Shown here in pieces: positions 25,801-39,152 of a stretch of DNA of 46,301 nt. Origin of the DNA: Trichinella spiralis (taxonomy: Eukaryota); assembly GCF_000181795.1 (NCBI RefSeq), contig NW_003526945.1, positions 2,921,493 through 2,967,793 of the forward strand, in the 5' to 3' direction. Within the stretch, counting starts at the first letter, position 1; every line of letters begins with the position of its first letter. Below the pieces are notes generated by a model, which was given only the letters and a program-made list of their open reading frames with translations, did not search any database and was not told the origin of the DNA. The translations under genes and the position numbers were made by a program.

Positions 25801-28212
25801 AGCAGCAGCAGCAGCAGCAGCGGCAGCGGCGGCGGCGGCGGAAGCAACAGTAACACTAGTAACAGTGGTGGTGCACCACTTCGAACTGCAACTCCAACAT
25901 CACAAGCAACCAGAGCTTGCAAAATTGATCAACTGCAGCAGCAGTCGTCGTCGTCGACGACGAGAACGGATCGAGGATTGTCGACAGTTGGGCCGGACAG
26001 TTTGCCAACCGTCGGGGGCCATCCATTCTCGGCTAACGAGAAAGAGTCGACGAGCCGCCTGGTTGGAACCGAATTGCCGGACGGAAGCAACAAGCTGGAG
26101 CTGATTGTCAACATGCTGCACAGGGTGAATTTCCACTCGTCGGCCGCCGTCGGTCAGGCGCTGCCGGCCGCCGTGGCTGCTGCGAGCAGATTTCGCGCCA
26201 AAAAGCCCCACGGACTGGACGACGGCTATTCGACCATGTCCAGCGACCGTTGGACGGATTCTTTGGCGATGTGGTCGCCGGCCAGTCGGTCCAAAGCGAC
26301 CACAATCACCACCACGGCCGATTCGTCCGTGCACAGCGGCTCGCCGTTGTCGTTTTCGTCGGCCGGAGCCGGCGCCAGGCGGCCGGAACTCGAGCGGCGG
26401 TCGGTGGCCAGGGTCGACGCGACCGCCGGCCGAGCTTCTTCGGCTTCGTCTTTCGCTTCGTCGTCGAGCGCCTGGTCGGCTCGATGGACCGTTTTCGACG
26501 GATGCGTGCCCGGCATGCTCAGACGTTGTTGGTCGGATTCGCAGTTGCGTGCGCGACCGGCGGCGCCGGCGCCGACGCTGGCGTTGACGATGGATGCGAG
26601 CCCCGACCCTGCTGGTTCGGCTGATGCGCACGACGACGACGACGACGACAGTCTGGCAGTGCTTCAAGCGCCAGTCGACTGTGTCGAAGCGCTTTTCAAC
26701 GTACCGTTTGAAGATGTGGATTGCGTAAGTTTTTGCAACAAGTCAACTTTGACTGATCATCAGTAAATGAATAAATGAATGATGTTTTTAATGTAATTTT
26801 TTCAGCTTATTCAATCGTTGAATGACTCGGCCACGTCGAACGACGAACAGTTGTGCTTGTCGACGAGGAAGAAACGGACAGAAGATGATGCGGCGGCGGT
26901 GGCTTGCCAAGGGTCGGAATTGCTTTCCTGCTTTTCACAAGCTGAAGACACTCGCCGCCTGTTGCCTGAGATGAATCACCACGACCATGCTGGCCACGGC
27001 ACTGAACGCGGTATGGTCGTCGCGTTGGATGCGGCCGAAGAGTTGGAAGACACGGATTTGTCCACGGATGTGTCGGTGCGCAGTGGCGACTTCGCTTTCA
27101 GGCCGAGCAGCACCAGCAGCAGCTTTTCCTCGGACGAATCGGATCGGGAGATGAACGTCATGGTCGACTGGATAAAGCAGTTGAAAATCAAAACCGGTAA
27201 GCACAGCACAAGGGTAGCATCTAGTGCAGTGGTTCCCGAATTTGAACGGGCCATGGTAATCCATTGCCATTGCCTCGGTAATCTTCATGTTACCGTGAAC
27301 CCCTAACAGTTCACTTGATGTGCAGGGAAAAGGAGGGAATACTACGGTAAGGGGGCTTAAAGCCAGAGTAGTTGTTGTATTGGAATGGAATATAAATGGA
27401 GCATCGACGTGGCGTTTTGTGTCAGACAGCTCTTAGCAATATCAATTGAAATTAAATCAAATGAAGGAGTGGACATCTGAAAATGTCTCCGGGGACCCCA
27501 CTTTGGGAACCACTGATCTGGTGGTGTAGTTAGTAGCTTTTTGCTTTGCTTCTTCCTCAGGACGGTAGTAGCTTGTTTGTTTGTTTGTTTGTTTGTCAGT
27601 TGAGTTACTTCGTCGTTATTAACAAGAAGAGTGTGGGGTGGGACAATTTTGGAAGAAAAAAAATTTTCCATTCCATTCTTTTGCATTTGGTCAGGTCACC
27701 GGAAGTTCGGACTCGTCCGCTATTTGCCTCCAGAATTTCGACCCAGCATCCTGAGAAGGGACGTCTATTGTCGCTTCGGCAAACAAGAGCGGGAAGCGTT
27801 GTCGAAGTTCGATTTTTTGGCCGAATTTCGCGACAGGTCCTTTTCGCCGAAATGCAAAAAAGTCGACTCGACCAGGGCAGGGGCGTTGGCCCGAGGCCGC
27901 GAACCCTGCGACGGCAAGAAAAAGCGACAGAAGGCGGCGGCCACGCCCAACAGCGGCCGGCCTGACAGGCGCAGTTTCAGCTTTGACGATTTGGCGAGCG
28001 CGGCGGCGGCCGATGGTCACCAGGCGAAACTGCGAACCGGCATGGCGCCAGCCGTGGTCGATCCGCCCGACGCCACTTGGCGGCATTTGAGTGGTTCCAC
28101 GGCCAGTGTCCACACGTCTCCTAGTTATTGTTCGTCGTCGTTTCTCAGCGAACTTCTCGGTGAGCAGACGTTCTTCAGCTCGAGTTCGTCGCTCAGTTTC
28201 AGCATTGCTTAA
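22884..28212 (+). CDS. NCKAP5/NCKAP5L-like coiled-coil protein with a long Ser-rich disordered region; about 11 exons
   Basis: Phase-consistent exons: 22835/22884-22937, 23012-23322, 23440-~23615, 23677-23954, 24390-24476, 24550-24759, 24986-25144, 25214-25420, 25504-26724, 26806-27196, 27695-28212. The spliced coiled coil AAYDKCLDDILSRVAKAVVEYEMLSQECFRLKNRNIQLEMDNKIL resembles NCKAP5 YERCLDEVANQVVQALLTQKDLREECVKLKTRVFDLEQQN. It also has a poly-His tract, DDGYSTMSSD and DVYCRFGKQEREALSKFDFL. The true start may lie upstream. Confidence 0.65.
27227..27515. mobile_element. Non-autonomous hAT (Charlie-like) MITE in the last intron of the NCKAP5-like gene
   Basis: TIRs cagtggttcccgaa (27227-27240) and tttgggaaccactg (27502-27515), 13/14 complementary. 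The 8-bp TSD is atctagtg / atctggtg (7/8). CAGTGGTTCCC termini with an 8-bp TSD around TCTAG are typical of Charlie elements. Confidence 0.9.
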
Positions 28213-29986
28213 GTGATGAAAAAGCAAAAAATTTAAAACTAAAAAATTTACAGACATACCTACATACCTACCTACCTACCTACATACATACATACATATG
28301 CATATATATATATATGTAACTAACGCAGCACGTGCCACTCGCGATACTAGACGATCGGCATTACTTTTTTTTAGCGCATTTTATTCATTTCCCCCCTTTC
28401 AATTCGTTTATTATCTTTTTTCTTGCTTTTTGCTTTATTACTACGAGTAGTAATAATTCACTTTCCATTTCCTCCTAAATGTGCATTATTTTATTTCGCA
28501 GCTTGTTGTTTTATTCAACATTATTATTATTATTATTGTTATTATTATTCTCATTGCCAACTGCTACTATGAACACCCTATATGTATATGTATATACTCG
28601 TGGATAAATAATAATTATTATTTCTATTTTGATTTTTCAAATTGGACATTGCAATTGTTGTTGATGTTGTGCAATTTTAAAATGTTCGCTTAAATTGTCA
28701 GCAACTTTTACTGTCGTTGAAAAGATAACAAAATTTGTATATAGCACAACTGGTGGTGCAGTTTGTTGTGGGTGCACATTTCCATTTGTCAAATTATTGG
28801 ACATCTATCTGTTCCCTGTTTTTGATGGAAAAAAGAATTACGCCAAGAAATTTGTCTTAAGATTTCTTAAGATTATGCCTTAACGCAATGCAGTGAACAT
28901 CTTCTTTTTTTGTTTGATTTCTTGCCATCATGATATACATATATGCAGTGCAGTTCAAAAAATATAATATCTATATAAGCGTTGGAATTAAGCATTTGAA
29001 AGAATATTGTTGCCACGAATTTGATTTGAACACGGTGAAAAAGGTTCGATCGATTGCTGTTCCCAATATGCAAATTCTGTGATGAAAGTGGCAGCTTGGG
29101 TCGATGGAAGAAAATTTTTGCGATGACAGTATTGTGAAAGTGATTTCTTTTTCTTCCCTTCTGTTTATCTTTTTTAGAAGAGTGAAAATTAATCAAATTT
29201 TGTAGCAGAGGATAAATTTTTTTGCCAAGAAAGCTAAAAAGCGATTCAACACTTCCTACTGTACTAGTGCTGCCTTACTGTAAAATTTAAACAAATTCAA
29301 GTGTTCTGTGCTGTTGTTCTGTCTCTGTAAAAGTGTTGTAAATTTACATGAAAATTAACCTTCAGTACATCTTTCATTCAAAGCTGCTCATGTGTACAGT
29401 CGGTGTTTGACAGTTCGAAGTTTCACGGTTGAACAGTGAATTTCAAATTCACTGAGGAGAAACTGAAATTTGCCGGACAAACAAATGAATGAAATGAAAG
29501 CAGCTTCTTCTGTTTGAAAATATTTTGCCGGCCAATAACAATTTTGTCTACAATTTCTAAACTGACGTGAAAAGTGTATTTTGCTTCACCATTTGCGCAA
29601 TCAAGGCATTATTCATTATTCTGGAGAGCAACCAACGTTTGTTTTGCTTACTGAAAAACTGTTTCAAGTGACTTGCTGCTTTTCAATTCCTCACATCGAA
29701 ATTGTTCTTTTTAAATACAGTAACCTCAGTGAATGTTCTTGCTCATCATCTTTGATTGTACAGCAGTCATTATTGTGCTAAAAGCACTGACATAATTGGA
29801 GAAATTGAATATCAATCAATCAGTCTAGAAAAGTTCGAAATTTTGCTTTTTTCCAAGTTTCATTTTCATCAAAACGGAGTAGAAATTGTATTTGTAGACA
29901 AAGTTGACATACAACTGACAACGAACGGTTCAGCATATTCATTCAGTTTTGCTCATCGCCTGCTCTTGTTTCTTCAGAATGGCCAG

Positions 29987-30238
29987 AAGTGCGTTCTAGA
30001 TTTCGGCGAGCGAGCACAGGATGAGTATTTTCTGCCAGCAGGGCACAATTAGCCGACCGTAAACGTCGACGGCGGATTCCTGCAGAGCGGCCGACCTCAA
30101 CGGGCGTCGCTGTGACGCGTCACCACTTCCTGGGGTCAAGCCATTATCTGCATTCATTGGACTTTTCTTGTCCAATTTGCATCCATTCACAGACTGTATT
30201 GTATACTCATTCGGTCATGCTGTCATAAGAAATTGCTT
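29987..30238. other. Conserved element downstream of TIKI copy 1 (homologous to 39153-39381)
   Basis: Colinear blocks shared with the second copy: aagtgcgt, gagcacagg, aattagccgaccg, gccgacctcaac, ggtcaagccat, and an exact 20-mer gctgtcataagaaattgctt. Confidence 0.85.
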
Positions 30239-30532
30239 CATTATTAAACAAGAGCAAGAATTACTTTATATACCATTTCCAACATTGCAAACTGATTAAA
30301 ATGGCACTTCAATTAGCAGCTGTTGCTTTTCTGTTCATTTTCAACCAAACGAACAAAATGATTTGAAATTAACAATTTTTTCGGAGAACATTCATTTAAA
30401 TTTTGTTTAATCTCAGCATTGCAGTAAACAATAAATATATTTAAGGGAAAAACGATACACAATAAAAGTTGGGTATTGCAAATTTATGCAAATAAGTGAA
30501 TGCAAATTTTAAACATATTTGAAAAGGGAAGT

Positions 30533-32730
30533 TTATTGATAACGTTGCACTGCGAAAAGAAAGAATACTGATAAGAACGGTAGAAGTAGACCCGTCGTCA
30601 AGGCGCGAGCATCGTTTGAAAAATGATTGTGATAATGGACGAGAAAGAAGTTCTGCACAGTGGGAGCACGAGGGAAGTTGTTGACGGCGGTTTCCTGCCA
30701 GGGGCGTGGCGAATATCCCTGAACACGAACCCATAGTTCTTGGAAATTGCGTCCCACGCGCGTTGGGGATTTCACCGTCGTCGCCGTGGGCATGTCCAAA
30801 TTGCCGTCCCACTGCCAGAGCAGGGGTGAGTTGAGTTTCGTTCGGATTTCTTGCCCTCCACGAGGTGCCTTTTTCACTTTACCAGATTGGCTAGAAAAGA
30901 GAAAAATGATCACTATTATTATTATTATTATTATTATTTGGTTTTTTCTTTATTTTATATTCATGTCACGTGCTGTTGGGAAGCATGGATGTTTTTGATG
31001 TGATGGATTTCGTGAAAGTCTACCTGAGAACAGTATCGTTGTAAATCACGGGTTTGACGTCAAAACCGAACCGCTTCACGAGATCAACAACACTATCTTT
31101 ACCAAGGAAGTGTCCGGCACCGAAGGCGAAAAAGAACGACTTTGCAGGATTTGCACGCAATAATCCGATTACCCGATTAGCCATGCGCACGTTGCGCTTT
31201 TTGATCAGCTCCTCCCGAAAGTATGCGTTGATGTCCTCAGTGCCGGCGGCATCCTCCTCCACTGACCGGCCATCGTTATCTACATTTGGCACCTGGAAAG
31301 ATTAAATAAATACAGATATATACTGTGGAACATGAAGTGATGAATATGGAAATTTTTTCTTTTCAAACTCACCGGCACAGCATCATGAGCAAAAATCGTC
31401 TCGTCCAAACTGCCGCAGATGTAGTGTTCGATGAGACGGCTTGTTTGTTGAGCCAATTCCAATGTGGTGGCCGATGTGCGATTTACCCGTCCAAGCAGCG
31501 CCTGCTCGTGGTCGCGCAACATCTGGTCCAATGCGTGCAAAACTTGCGGTTCCCGCAGTGAATTCAAGGGCTCGCACTGTTCACCGGCAGTTTCGATCGC
31601 ACCGAGAGCTATGGACAAGCTGGACGCTTGTTGAGCTAAATACAAATCAAGCACAGGAATTCCCCGTCGTTCAATTGCTTGTCTGTTTAGAGAATTCAAC
31701 AGAAACATTATCCAAATGGGTCTTTTCCGTTCCCAGTTGCCTGCAATTGAAGTGAAAAATATACAACGCATAATATGTACACTGCGCAGAGAAACAGAGA
31801 CAAAACTATGCAGCTCATTTTTCACTATTTGCATTTCTTACCGGCGATACTTTTGAAAAGATAATCTGCGTAGGCGTCATTATGACCACCAGACCGCTGG
31901 GTATCGATCCATTCCGGCAGTGCTTGTCTGATCATTTGCATGTGCGATTTTATTCTGACGTACAAATCAGTCGGCAAGTGATCGGCTATTTCTTCACCAT
32001 CAGGCAAATACTGACACCGGGCAAGACTTTCCACCGTTTTGGGATTGTTCAAATCCAATTCCAAGAAAACACTGTCCGCCTGGTAAAATGCTTGCTTTGC
32101 CGCTTTGCTCACGTACTCCCACACTTCGGTATACGGTACGTGAATTGTGCCGAAGAAGTAACTAGCAGGATCACCTTCAATGCGCCACAGAAACGTGCTC
32201 AGCTTTTGCGGAGCGACTGAATTATTCTACAAAAAATTAGAAACAGGTATGTACAAATTTATAATTTTTACTTTTATAATTTATATTGAAAGTAGTGGGT
32301 GGCGGTGGGTGGGGGGAAAGGGGGAGAAATGTGAACAACTGTTTATCAGTGAAAAGTTTTTGAATTCATTTTTGAACAGATGAATAACCGTCCGTCCATC
32401 TGTGCTAGTTCACCATCCTATCAACAAGGTAAACAACAGCTAATTTCAGCAGCTTGATTAATTAATGATTCGATTGATTGTTCAAAAGTTCAAAAGGCGT
32501 CCCATTCATTTTTGTCCTTCTATTTTGCGCTTTCTGCACAACTCTTTCATCTTTGCCTCTCAAAATATCCTGCTCAATTTTCAAATACTAGAAATAGAGG
32601 GAAAAAAAGAAAAAATAATAAAACAATCGTTTACCTTTTCTGAGCAGAAGTGCGGCTTGTGTGAAGTTGCGACGAAAGCAACTTGGAACAGAATGCAGTA
32701 GATTTTTAACATCCAAAGATAAAAAAGCAT
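30533..32730 (-). CDS. TIKI-family metalloprotease (TRABD2; TraB/PrgY/GumN domain), copy 1; exons 32730-32635, 32226-31842, 31740-31373, 31292-31024, 30890-30533
   Basis: Signal-peptide-like exon 1. Motifs SYFFGTIHVPYT, FLELDL, CQYLP, GNWERKRPIW, VLDLYLAQ, GAIETAGEQCEPLN, HYICG, YFREELIKKRNVRMANRV, FFFAFGAGHFLG and FQELWVR. Hydrophobic C-terminal tail. All introns are GT-AG and phase-consistent. Confidence 0.92.
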
Positions 32731-34399
32731 CTCACAGTGTGATGGGAGACAATTTGTTCTTGCACACAAAACTATTCACGCCATTCAAACATATTATTGT
32801 TCGCAGTGTATTTTGATGCAAAAGTATCAAAGGTGATCATAACAAAAATATCAGAATTGCATAGCAGCTTCAGCATTGTTGGTAAATGAAAAGAAAAATC
32901 CCACAACTTGTCCCACAATAGATGATAAATAAAATGGGAATTGTCGAACTGTTTCACGTGAAAATGGTTGGGATTAGAAATGATGCGAAATGTTCACGCC
33001 ACATTCAGGAAGTGATTGTGGAAGGTTTTGTGAAAATGAAATGAAATTTGGAAGCAGGGAAAGTTCGGTGATGAACCTGCAGAGAGGAGCGGGTCAGAGT
33101 TTTTGACATACTCTGCTCTAGTGGTTGGCGTCATTCACTGCTGTTATGGCAGAATGACGAATCAGCTGCCTGAGCAAACAACATCTCTTGGCCGCTGATG
33201 AACGGAGAGAGCGGATTTGCATCCCATCGTGAAAACTGTCCCAATTTTGCACAAATCTGCTTAGCAGGTGCTCGACCAATGGTAGTGCAGTGGTCAGCGC
33301 GATTGCAAAGGCCGGCAACAACGCATATATATGTATTAACAAATAATAATAATAATGATCATGATCAAACTGAATGAAATAAGAACAACTGCAACAGCAA
33401 TTTAAAAGAATTAGCATAATAATTTTTTAACTTTAAAAAGTCAATTTTTCCAAATTGAAGAATATTTTTATCTGTGAAACGTGATTTATACGCCTCAGAG
33501 ATCAAAAGTTCGCTGCGGCACAGTTCAAAAGGGGGCTTAATCCGCTTAAGCATTGCTAGTGAATGGCGGTATTCTTTTTGCAGTCTGCCGGTCGTGAATG
33601 AGAAAAACGGCGCATTGTCTGATCCGACACCGCGGTCCCTTTTGAACCACTGACCCTGATTATCTTCTGATGCATTAATTGAAGCTTCTATTGTTGTTAC
33701 TCTTGAAACGCGACACAATACCTCACCCGCCGATATTAATGAAATATTCATCTGTTAAATTTGAATGCAGCACAACAATATGAGGTTGGTCAAATTTCAT
33801 TTTATCAACAATACACTTGCTGAATTATAATTAATAAATTTTCCCACGTCTATAATAATGTTTATAGGTCGACTGTTATGTAAATTTAAAATGCAATTTT
33901 TTCGAGAATTTGTTTTCAAGGATGAAAAGAAATGAAAATTTTACTAATTTGTGGTTTTTCCGTCGACATAGTGATTCGTGCATCAGTAGTTCAGTTTTGG
34001 ATCGTTGCATACCAATTAATCTGTTCAAATGAATGGTTTCACTTCACACCGTTTACAGCACTGATGATTCAGCATCACCAGTTCATGATGAATTCTGTTT
34101 CTATGCCGTGAGTGTGTTTTGTAAATTTTATCAAAAAAATTTGTTGCATGATCAAAAATTCGACGACCAGTGTGAAAATTATTTCAATTCCTTAGCTGAA
34201 TTGCTTCGTCCAATGGAAAGCAATTAAATGAAAATGAAATGTTCATATTTTTATTTCAGCAATATTTTTTCTTGTTTCTAGCGTTTTCAGAAATAAAGAA
34301 CAATAGAAATTTGTGAATAGATTTTACAACAGTTCCCCACAGATTGCTGTATTCAATGCCGCTGATACAGTACAAATTTGTAATTGACAAAACACTGAC

Positions 34400-34715
34400 T
34401 GTCAGGTAAACAAAGCTATGCCGGGGTCATTGCATTGTCAGAAATAACAAAGGGTGCAGCTGTTCTCTGTGGGCGGCTCCTTTCATGGAAGTGAAGCACA
34501 CTTTTTCCGGGCATTGTTGAAGTTGCTTTGTTCCTTCGGAAATGTTTTTACACATGAAATATTGAAATGAATAAAGCAAAAGCAAATTACAAAAGAAAAG
34601 CACAGAAAAGGAAGTTTACCTTTCTGGAGCAGAATGATGTGATGCTTTTGATGAGGTTTCCAATAAGAAACGTGCCAATGTTACCCTGAAACACAACTGT
34701 ATCGTGAAAAATGGT
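34400..34715 (-). pseudogene. Relic of exon 1 and intron 1 of a third TIKI copy
   Basis: ggaagtttacctttctggagcagaat matches the exon-1 donor regions of copy 2 (ggaagtttaccttttgtaaacagaat) and copy 1 (gtttaccttttctgagcagaag). It translates ...VVFQGN...FCSRK|gtaaac versus FCSEK and FCLQK. The block aggtaaacaaag...ccggggtc...attgtca..aataacaaagg matches copy-2 intron 1 near 42076-42125. No in-frame ATG. Confidence 0.7.
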
Positions 34716-37700
34716 CTGTGTTTTATACTTTTAAAAAAAGCTTTTAATACAATCATTGCTTGTTTTCAATAATCAGCTTTTTTTCACTAGTAAATATCGA
34801 ATATTTGTTATTCAGTTTAATTTTCGTACATTTTTACGACTGATTGAACTGCTTTTCATTTCAACGACATTCTTGAAAATAGAATATAATAAATTAATAT
34901 TCTGAATTGAGCAGCACCGCATTTCTTGTCATATCTCTCTGTTCGTTGAATAATTTCTTTCAAGTGCAATTCATTGTTAAAACTGTTTGCTTAAGCAAAC
35001 GCTATCAGCGGCATACTTGAGAACAACACTTAGCCTTGCCGTTATTGGCAAATAATTTTCAGTGACCATAGTTGTCCGGTCAAATGGACAAAAATTGCTG
35101 TTCATCACCTATCAAGCTCTTGGCCACTTTTAGGTTGCCACATGTGAACAGTGATCATCGATTTTTTGAACTGAATTCATACTTGCCAATTTCATTGGAA
35201 TCTTTCTTTTATAATGATAATTTTCATTTCATAAAAAAGGTGCTTTAATAATTTCAACAATAAAATACTTTTGTCGAGATGCTTTTCTGAAGATTCCACT
35301 CATTGCGTGCTTTCAAATCTGTCATTTTATCGCTTTGGCGAACTAGGGAAATTTTGAATTTCCAATTTTTCTTCATTTCATCCAGCGTATAATATTTGTT
35401 AACACGCTTTCGAACATTATTCATAAATGATGCTCCATTGCTGAAAGTTACAATTTTCATAAGGCAGGTAATTTGAGAACATTTCATGTGGAGATAATTA
35501 ATGAAAATAATTTTTGGCGCAAATATAATTTTAATAAAATGGAGCAAAAGCTGCCACATCCAAACCACCACAAATGCAGTGTTCGATTTGATCACAGGCT
35601 CTTCATGCTAATTCCATGGCACCGCCAGGCATTCGTCGTAGGTTCATGGTTATATAAAGTATGATATAGTGCATACAATGCTTGCTAACAGTTTGCGCAA
35701 TGAATTGAATAATTTGCATAGATCACTGGTTGTCTTGATTACATTGTGAATTTTGAATGAGCTTGATTCTAGTTGAACTAAATGCTATTATTAGCATTGG
35801 AATTCCACGTCATTCTAATGATGTCGTCTATTTAGCAAATTTAACATAAACAATTATTTATACGGTCTCATTATGAAATTTTAAAATATATCTGATTTTA
35901 ACTATGGTAAAACTGATAAACATGCATTTATTTCACGTTTTGAAATGATGAGGACATGTGTGAACAGTTGCTTTGCATTGTTTCGCTTGTTGATTTTTGT
36001 AATTATCATGCTTGATCTGTAAGAATTTGCAAATTTATAATTTGCTGAACTTTAACGGCTCGTAACGCAAACGTAAGCAGTCATTTAGCTCATTTGGTGC
36101 GAGCAACAGACACTGATGACGAAACGCGCAGTTAATTGCTGTTTGTCCGTTCATTTGAATAATTTGCATATGTAAAATATTCTAATAAGCAAATACAAGT
36201 AAAATGTTAAATGAAAATGTGAGCTCAGTAGTTGAAATGCTGGTCTGGTTTAGTGCGGCTCAAGCTTTCAAAGTACGAATAGCCATGTGACATATTCGCA
36301 ATGCAGAACAGAATGTTGATTACACGTAAGTCTGTTGTTATCTCATACTATGTATAAATATACTAGATATATAATAATGCAGTTTTTTATTTCTCTATTG
36401 ATTTCTTTTTTATACTACAAAGGGTGTTTGTTGATTCCATTGATCTTATATGAAAATTGCAATTCAATCTATCAATCTCTTTTGATTTCAAAATCAGTTT
36501 AAATTGTAGGCCAACTTGAAGGATGTCTCATTTATTTTTAAAAAATCAGAAATAGTAAGCACTGTTTTGCAGTTTATTGTCCTTTTACCTAAAAAATATC
36601 AAATATATAAAAGATTATTAATAAAACTCTACAATAAAGCCATCTAATGAAATGATAGTGAAATGAATTTATTAGTTGCATTGAATCTGGAATAATGCTA
36701 GATAACTGTAAGGTATTGCTTTCTTTGAACACGTGGTTTGATACTTCAGCAGATTATAACACTTTTTGTGCGATATTTCAAACTTTTTTATGATCCATGA
36801 AATATAGAGATCAGAATCAGCTTGTTTTGCCTGTCCGCAAAAAGCAGCTGTGCAAATATTGATTTTTTGTATCAAATGGATGTTCCTTTCACAGACGACG
36901 GTAGCAGGGGCAAATGAAAAGGCAGATGCAAGGGGAACATTATGTTTAAGCAATTTATTAATTCTTATGTAAATAAAAGCAACGTTATAACAAATATTGA
37001 ACAGATAACAGTTTCCAGTTTCAAAGTTGACAAAAAGAAGCAAAGTAGAGGAAAAAAGGCTACGTCATCGTTGTAACTGTATTCCACTGCATAGCAAACG
37101 CAGAGAACTTTCTTAAACAATCAACCGTCAGACAGCTGCTTAAAATCACACCTAGATAAAGTGAACAAGCTAGACTTTCACAAGTTTTCGCTTTTTTAAT
37201 CAGCTCAACAGTAAACAAATACGTCGAAGCTTAGCCAATAGCCTAGCCATAGAATCTTGAACACGGTTATGCATATTACCATAAACACAGCTAGCATTTT
37301 TTTAAAGAAGTTTCCTTTTATTTTCCCACTTTATTATCAGCTTTAATCGAGCTCTTGCAGCTTCATATAGAATGTGGAATTTTTAATTTGTTTATAATAT
37401 ATGGCAAGAATAGAAACTAGAAAAGGTTTTAAATTTTTATCACTGCTAATGCACTGAAATTTTGAAAAACTCAATTTGCAACTTTTGCTGTAAAAGATTG
37501 GAAAATGCAATAGCACGCGCGTTTTTTTTGCATTGCGGACTTGTTTTTGTTCTGTTGCAACATTTGCAGCAATATGTGACGTTTAAGTTGTTCACTAATG
37601 GTATTTGCTAAATCTTTGTCATTAAATCCAACATATTTAACATGCTTGAAGAAATCCTGCTTCACTTGTTATGTTTTTTTATAATTCGTCGTTTTAAAGT

Positions 37701-39152
37701 GAGTGTAACAAAGAAGCATGGCCTCTGTGACGCTTTAACGTAATTTTAACAGCTGTCTGTTTTTAGCAACATAAGAAAGTTAAATTGGGTATTTGTAGGC
37801 AGTTGCTTATAAATTAAGACGAATTATTCTTTCATTATGTGCAGTTGATCAGATATTTTTATAAAATTTATTTCGGCAGTATACGTTGAAGAATGGAAAT
37901 TACTAGATATTAGTGTGCGTAGTGTGTTGCTGTAATGTGAATGAACATTAATGAGCAAATGAACAAATAAGCAGCGATCAGAACACTGGTCAACGAAGGC
38001 GGCGACGCTTCACCAACCTAAACATCTGAAAAATGCTTAAAACCTGCATAGCACATTGGAAACCTCGAGATAGCAAACATCTCGAGGAGTAGCAGTATTT
38101 TATTTTAAAATTTACGAATTTTACCACCGAAGATTTTCCTTGTTATTAAAATTATACTGTGCAGCGAGCAGAATGCATTCCTATTGATAGCTTTTAAGTG
38201 AAGCATTTCCGTGAATCTTGAATTTTCCAATTTAAGTAGAATTCTTACTGCATCATTGCTGCATGGTATAAAATAGCTAAATGTATTCAATACATTTTAA
38301 TTAAAAATCTTCTTCAAATAATGAAAAACTTTCTTCGTATGATAAGAAGATACGCAATTTGCAAACAGTGTTTGCATTGCAATTTCAATGCATCGATTGA
38401 ATATGCAGTTTAATTTTGAATGATTCACCACAGAAATCCTTTTATCTAGTTTAGTTTTTCAGATATTTTGATTGAATGCATATTTTCATGTTAAACAACT
38501 TTAATGTATTGAAAATAGTCGTTCAAAAGCATTCTGAAGTGAAATTTAAGCAGCTTGCCTGTTGGAATTTGCGTTGTTGTTGAATAACATTTTTTTTCAA
38601 GTAAAACTAATGCTAGATGCTAGTTTTCCTACTTGAACACGGTCAGCGGTGTGCTTGAGAGCAGTGTTTAGATTTGTCGTTATTGAATAGCGATTTGAAG
38701 TAGCTATTGTTGTCGGTCAAAGGGGTGAACGGTTGCTCTTCAACCAAGTCTTCTGGCTGATTCTAAACTAACAACAACGCAGTTTTATCCTGATCAATTT
38801 TGTCATCTTATTAAACCGTATTTATTTTTAAAAATACTAATTCCTATATTAAAATATTTTTGAATAAAGAAACCAAATTTCGTAATAAAGAAAAATAAGT
38901 TCGACATTCCATTTCTTCCTAGGTTTCAGTTTTCTATCAGCTTGTCTGAAACACAGTATTGTATATTTTTAAAGTTTGAACAATAGAGCTGGGAAAACAA
39001 AGTTCATTTATTCTGTTAGTTTTCAATTTCCTGCCGTTTAGGCTCTTCTAGCTTGAATTTTCCCGTCTTTTGCAGTGCTTTTTGTCTACAGTCAACCGGA
39101 TAGGTTCAAGCTAACACTGTCTGCCATTTTTTAAGGATATTAGAGTAGACAA

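Noticed and set aside
25350..28257. Many overlapping antisense and alternate-frame ORFs (e.g. 25900-26667, 27691-28257)
   Set aside because: Shadows of GC-rich coding exons
33118..33751. Two minus-strand ORFs as exons of the third TIKI copy
   Set aside because: No TIKI motifs seen in the frames read; no other homology recognised
38063..38087. Perfect 9-bp hairpin cctcgagat-N7-atctcgagg
   Set aside because: Isolated and short; plausible by chance
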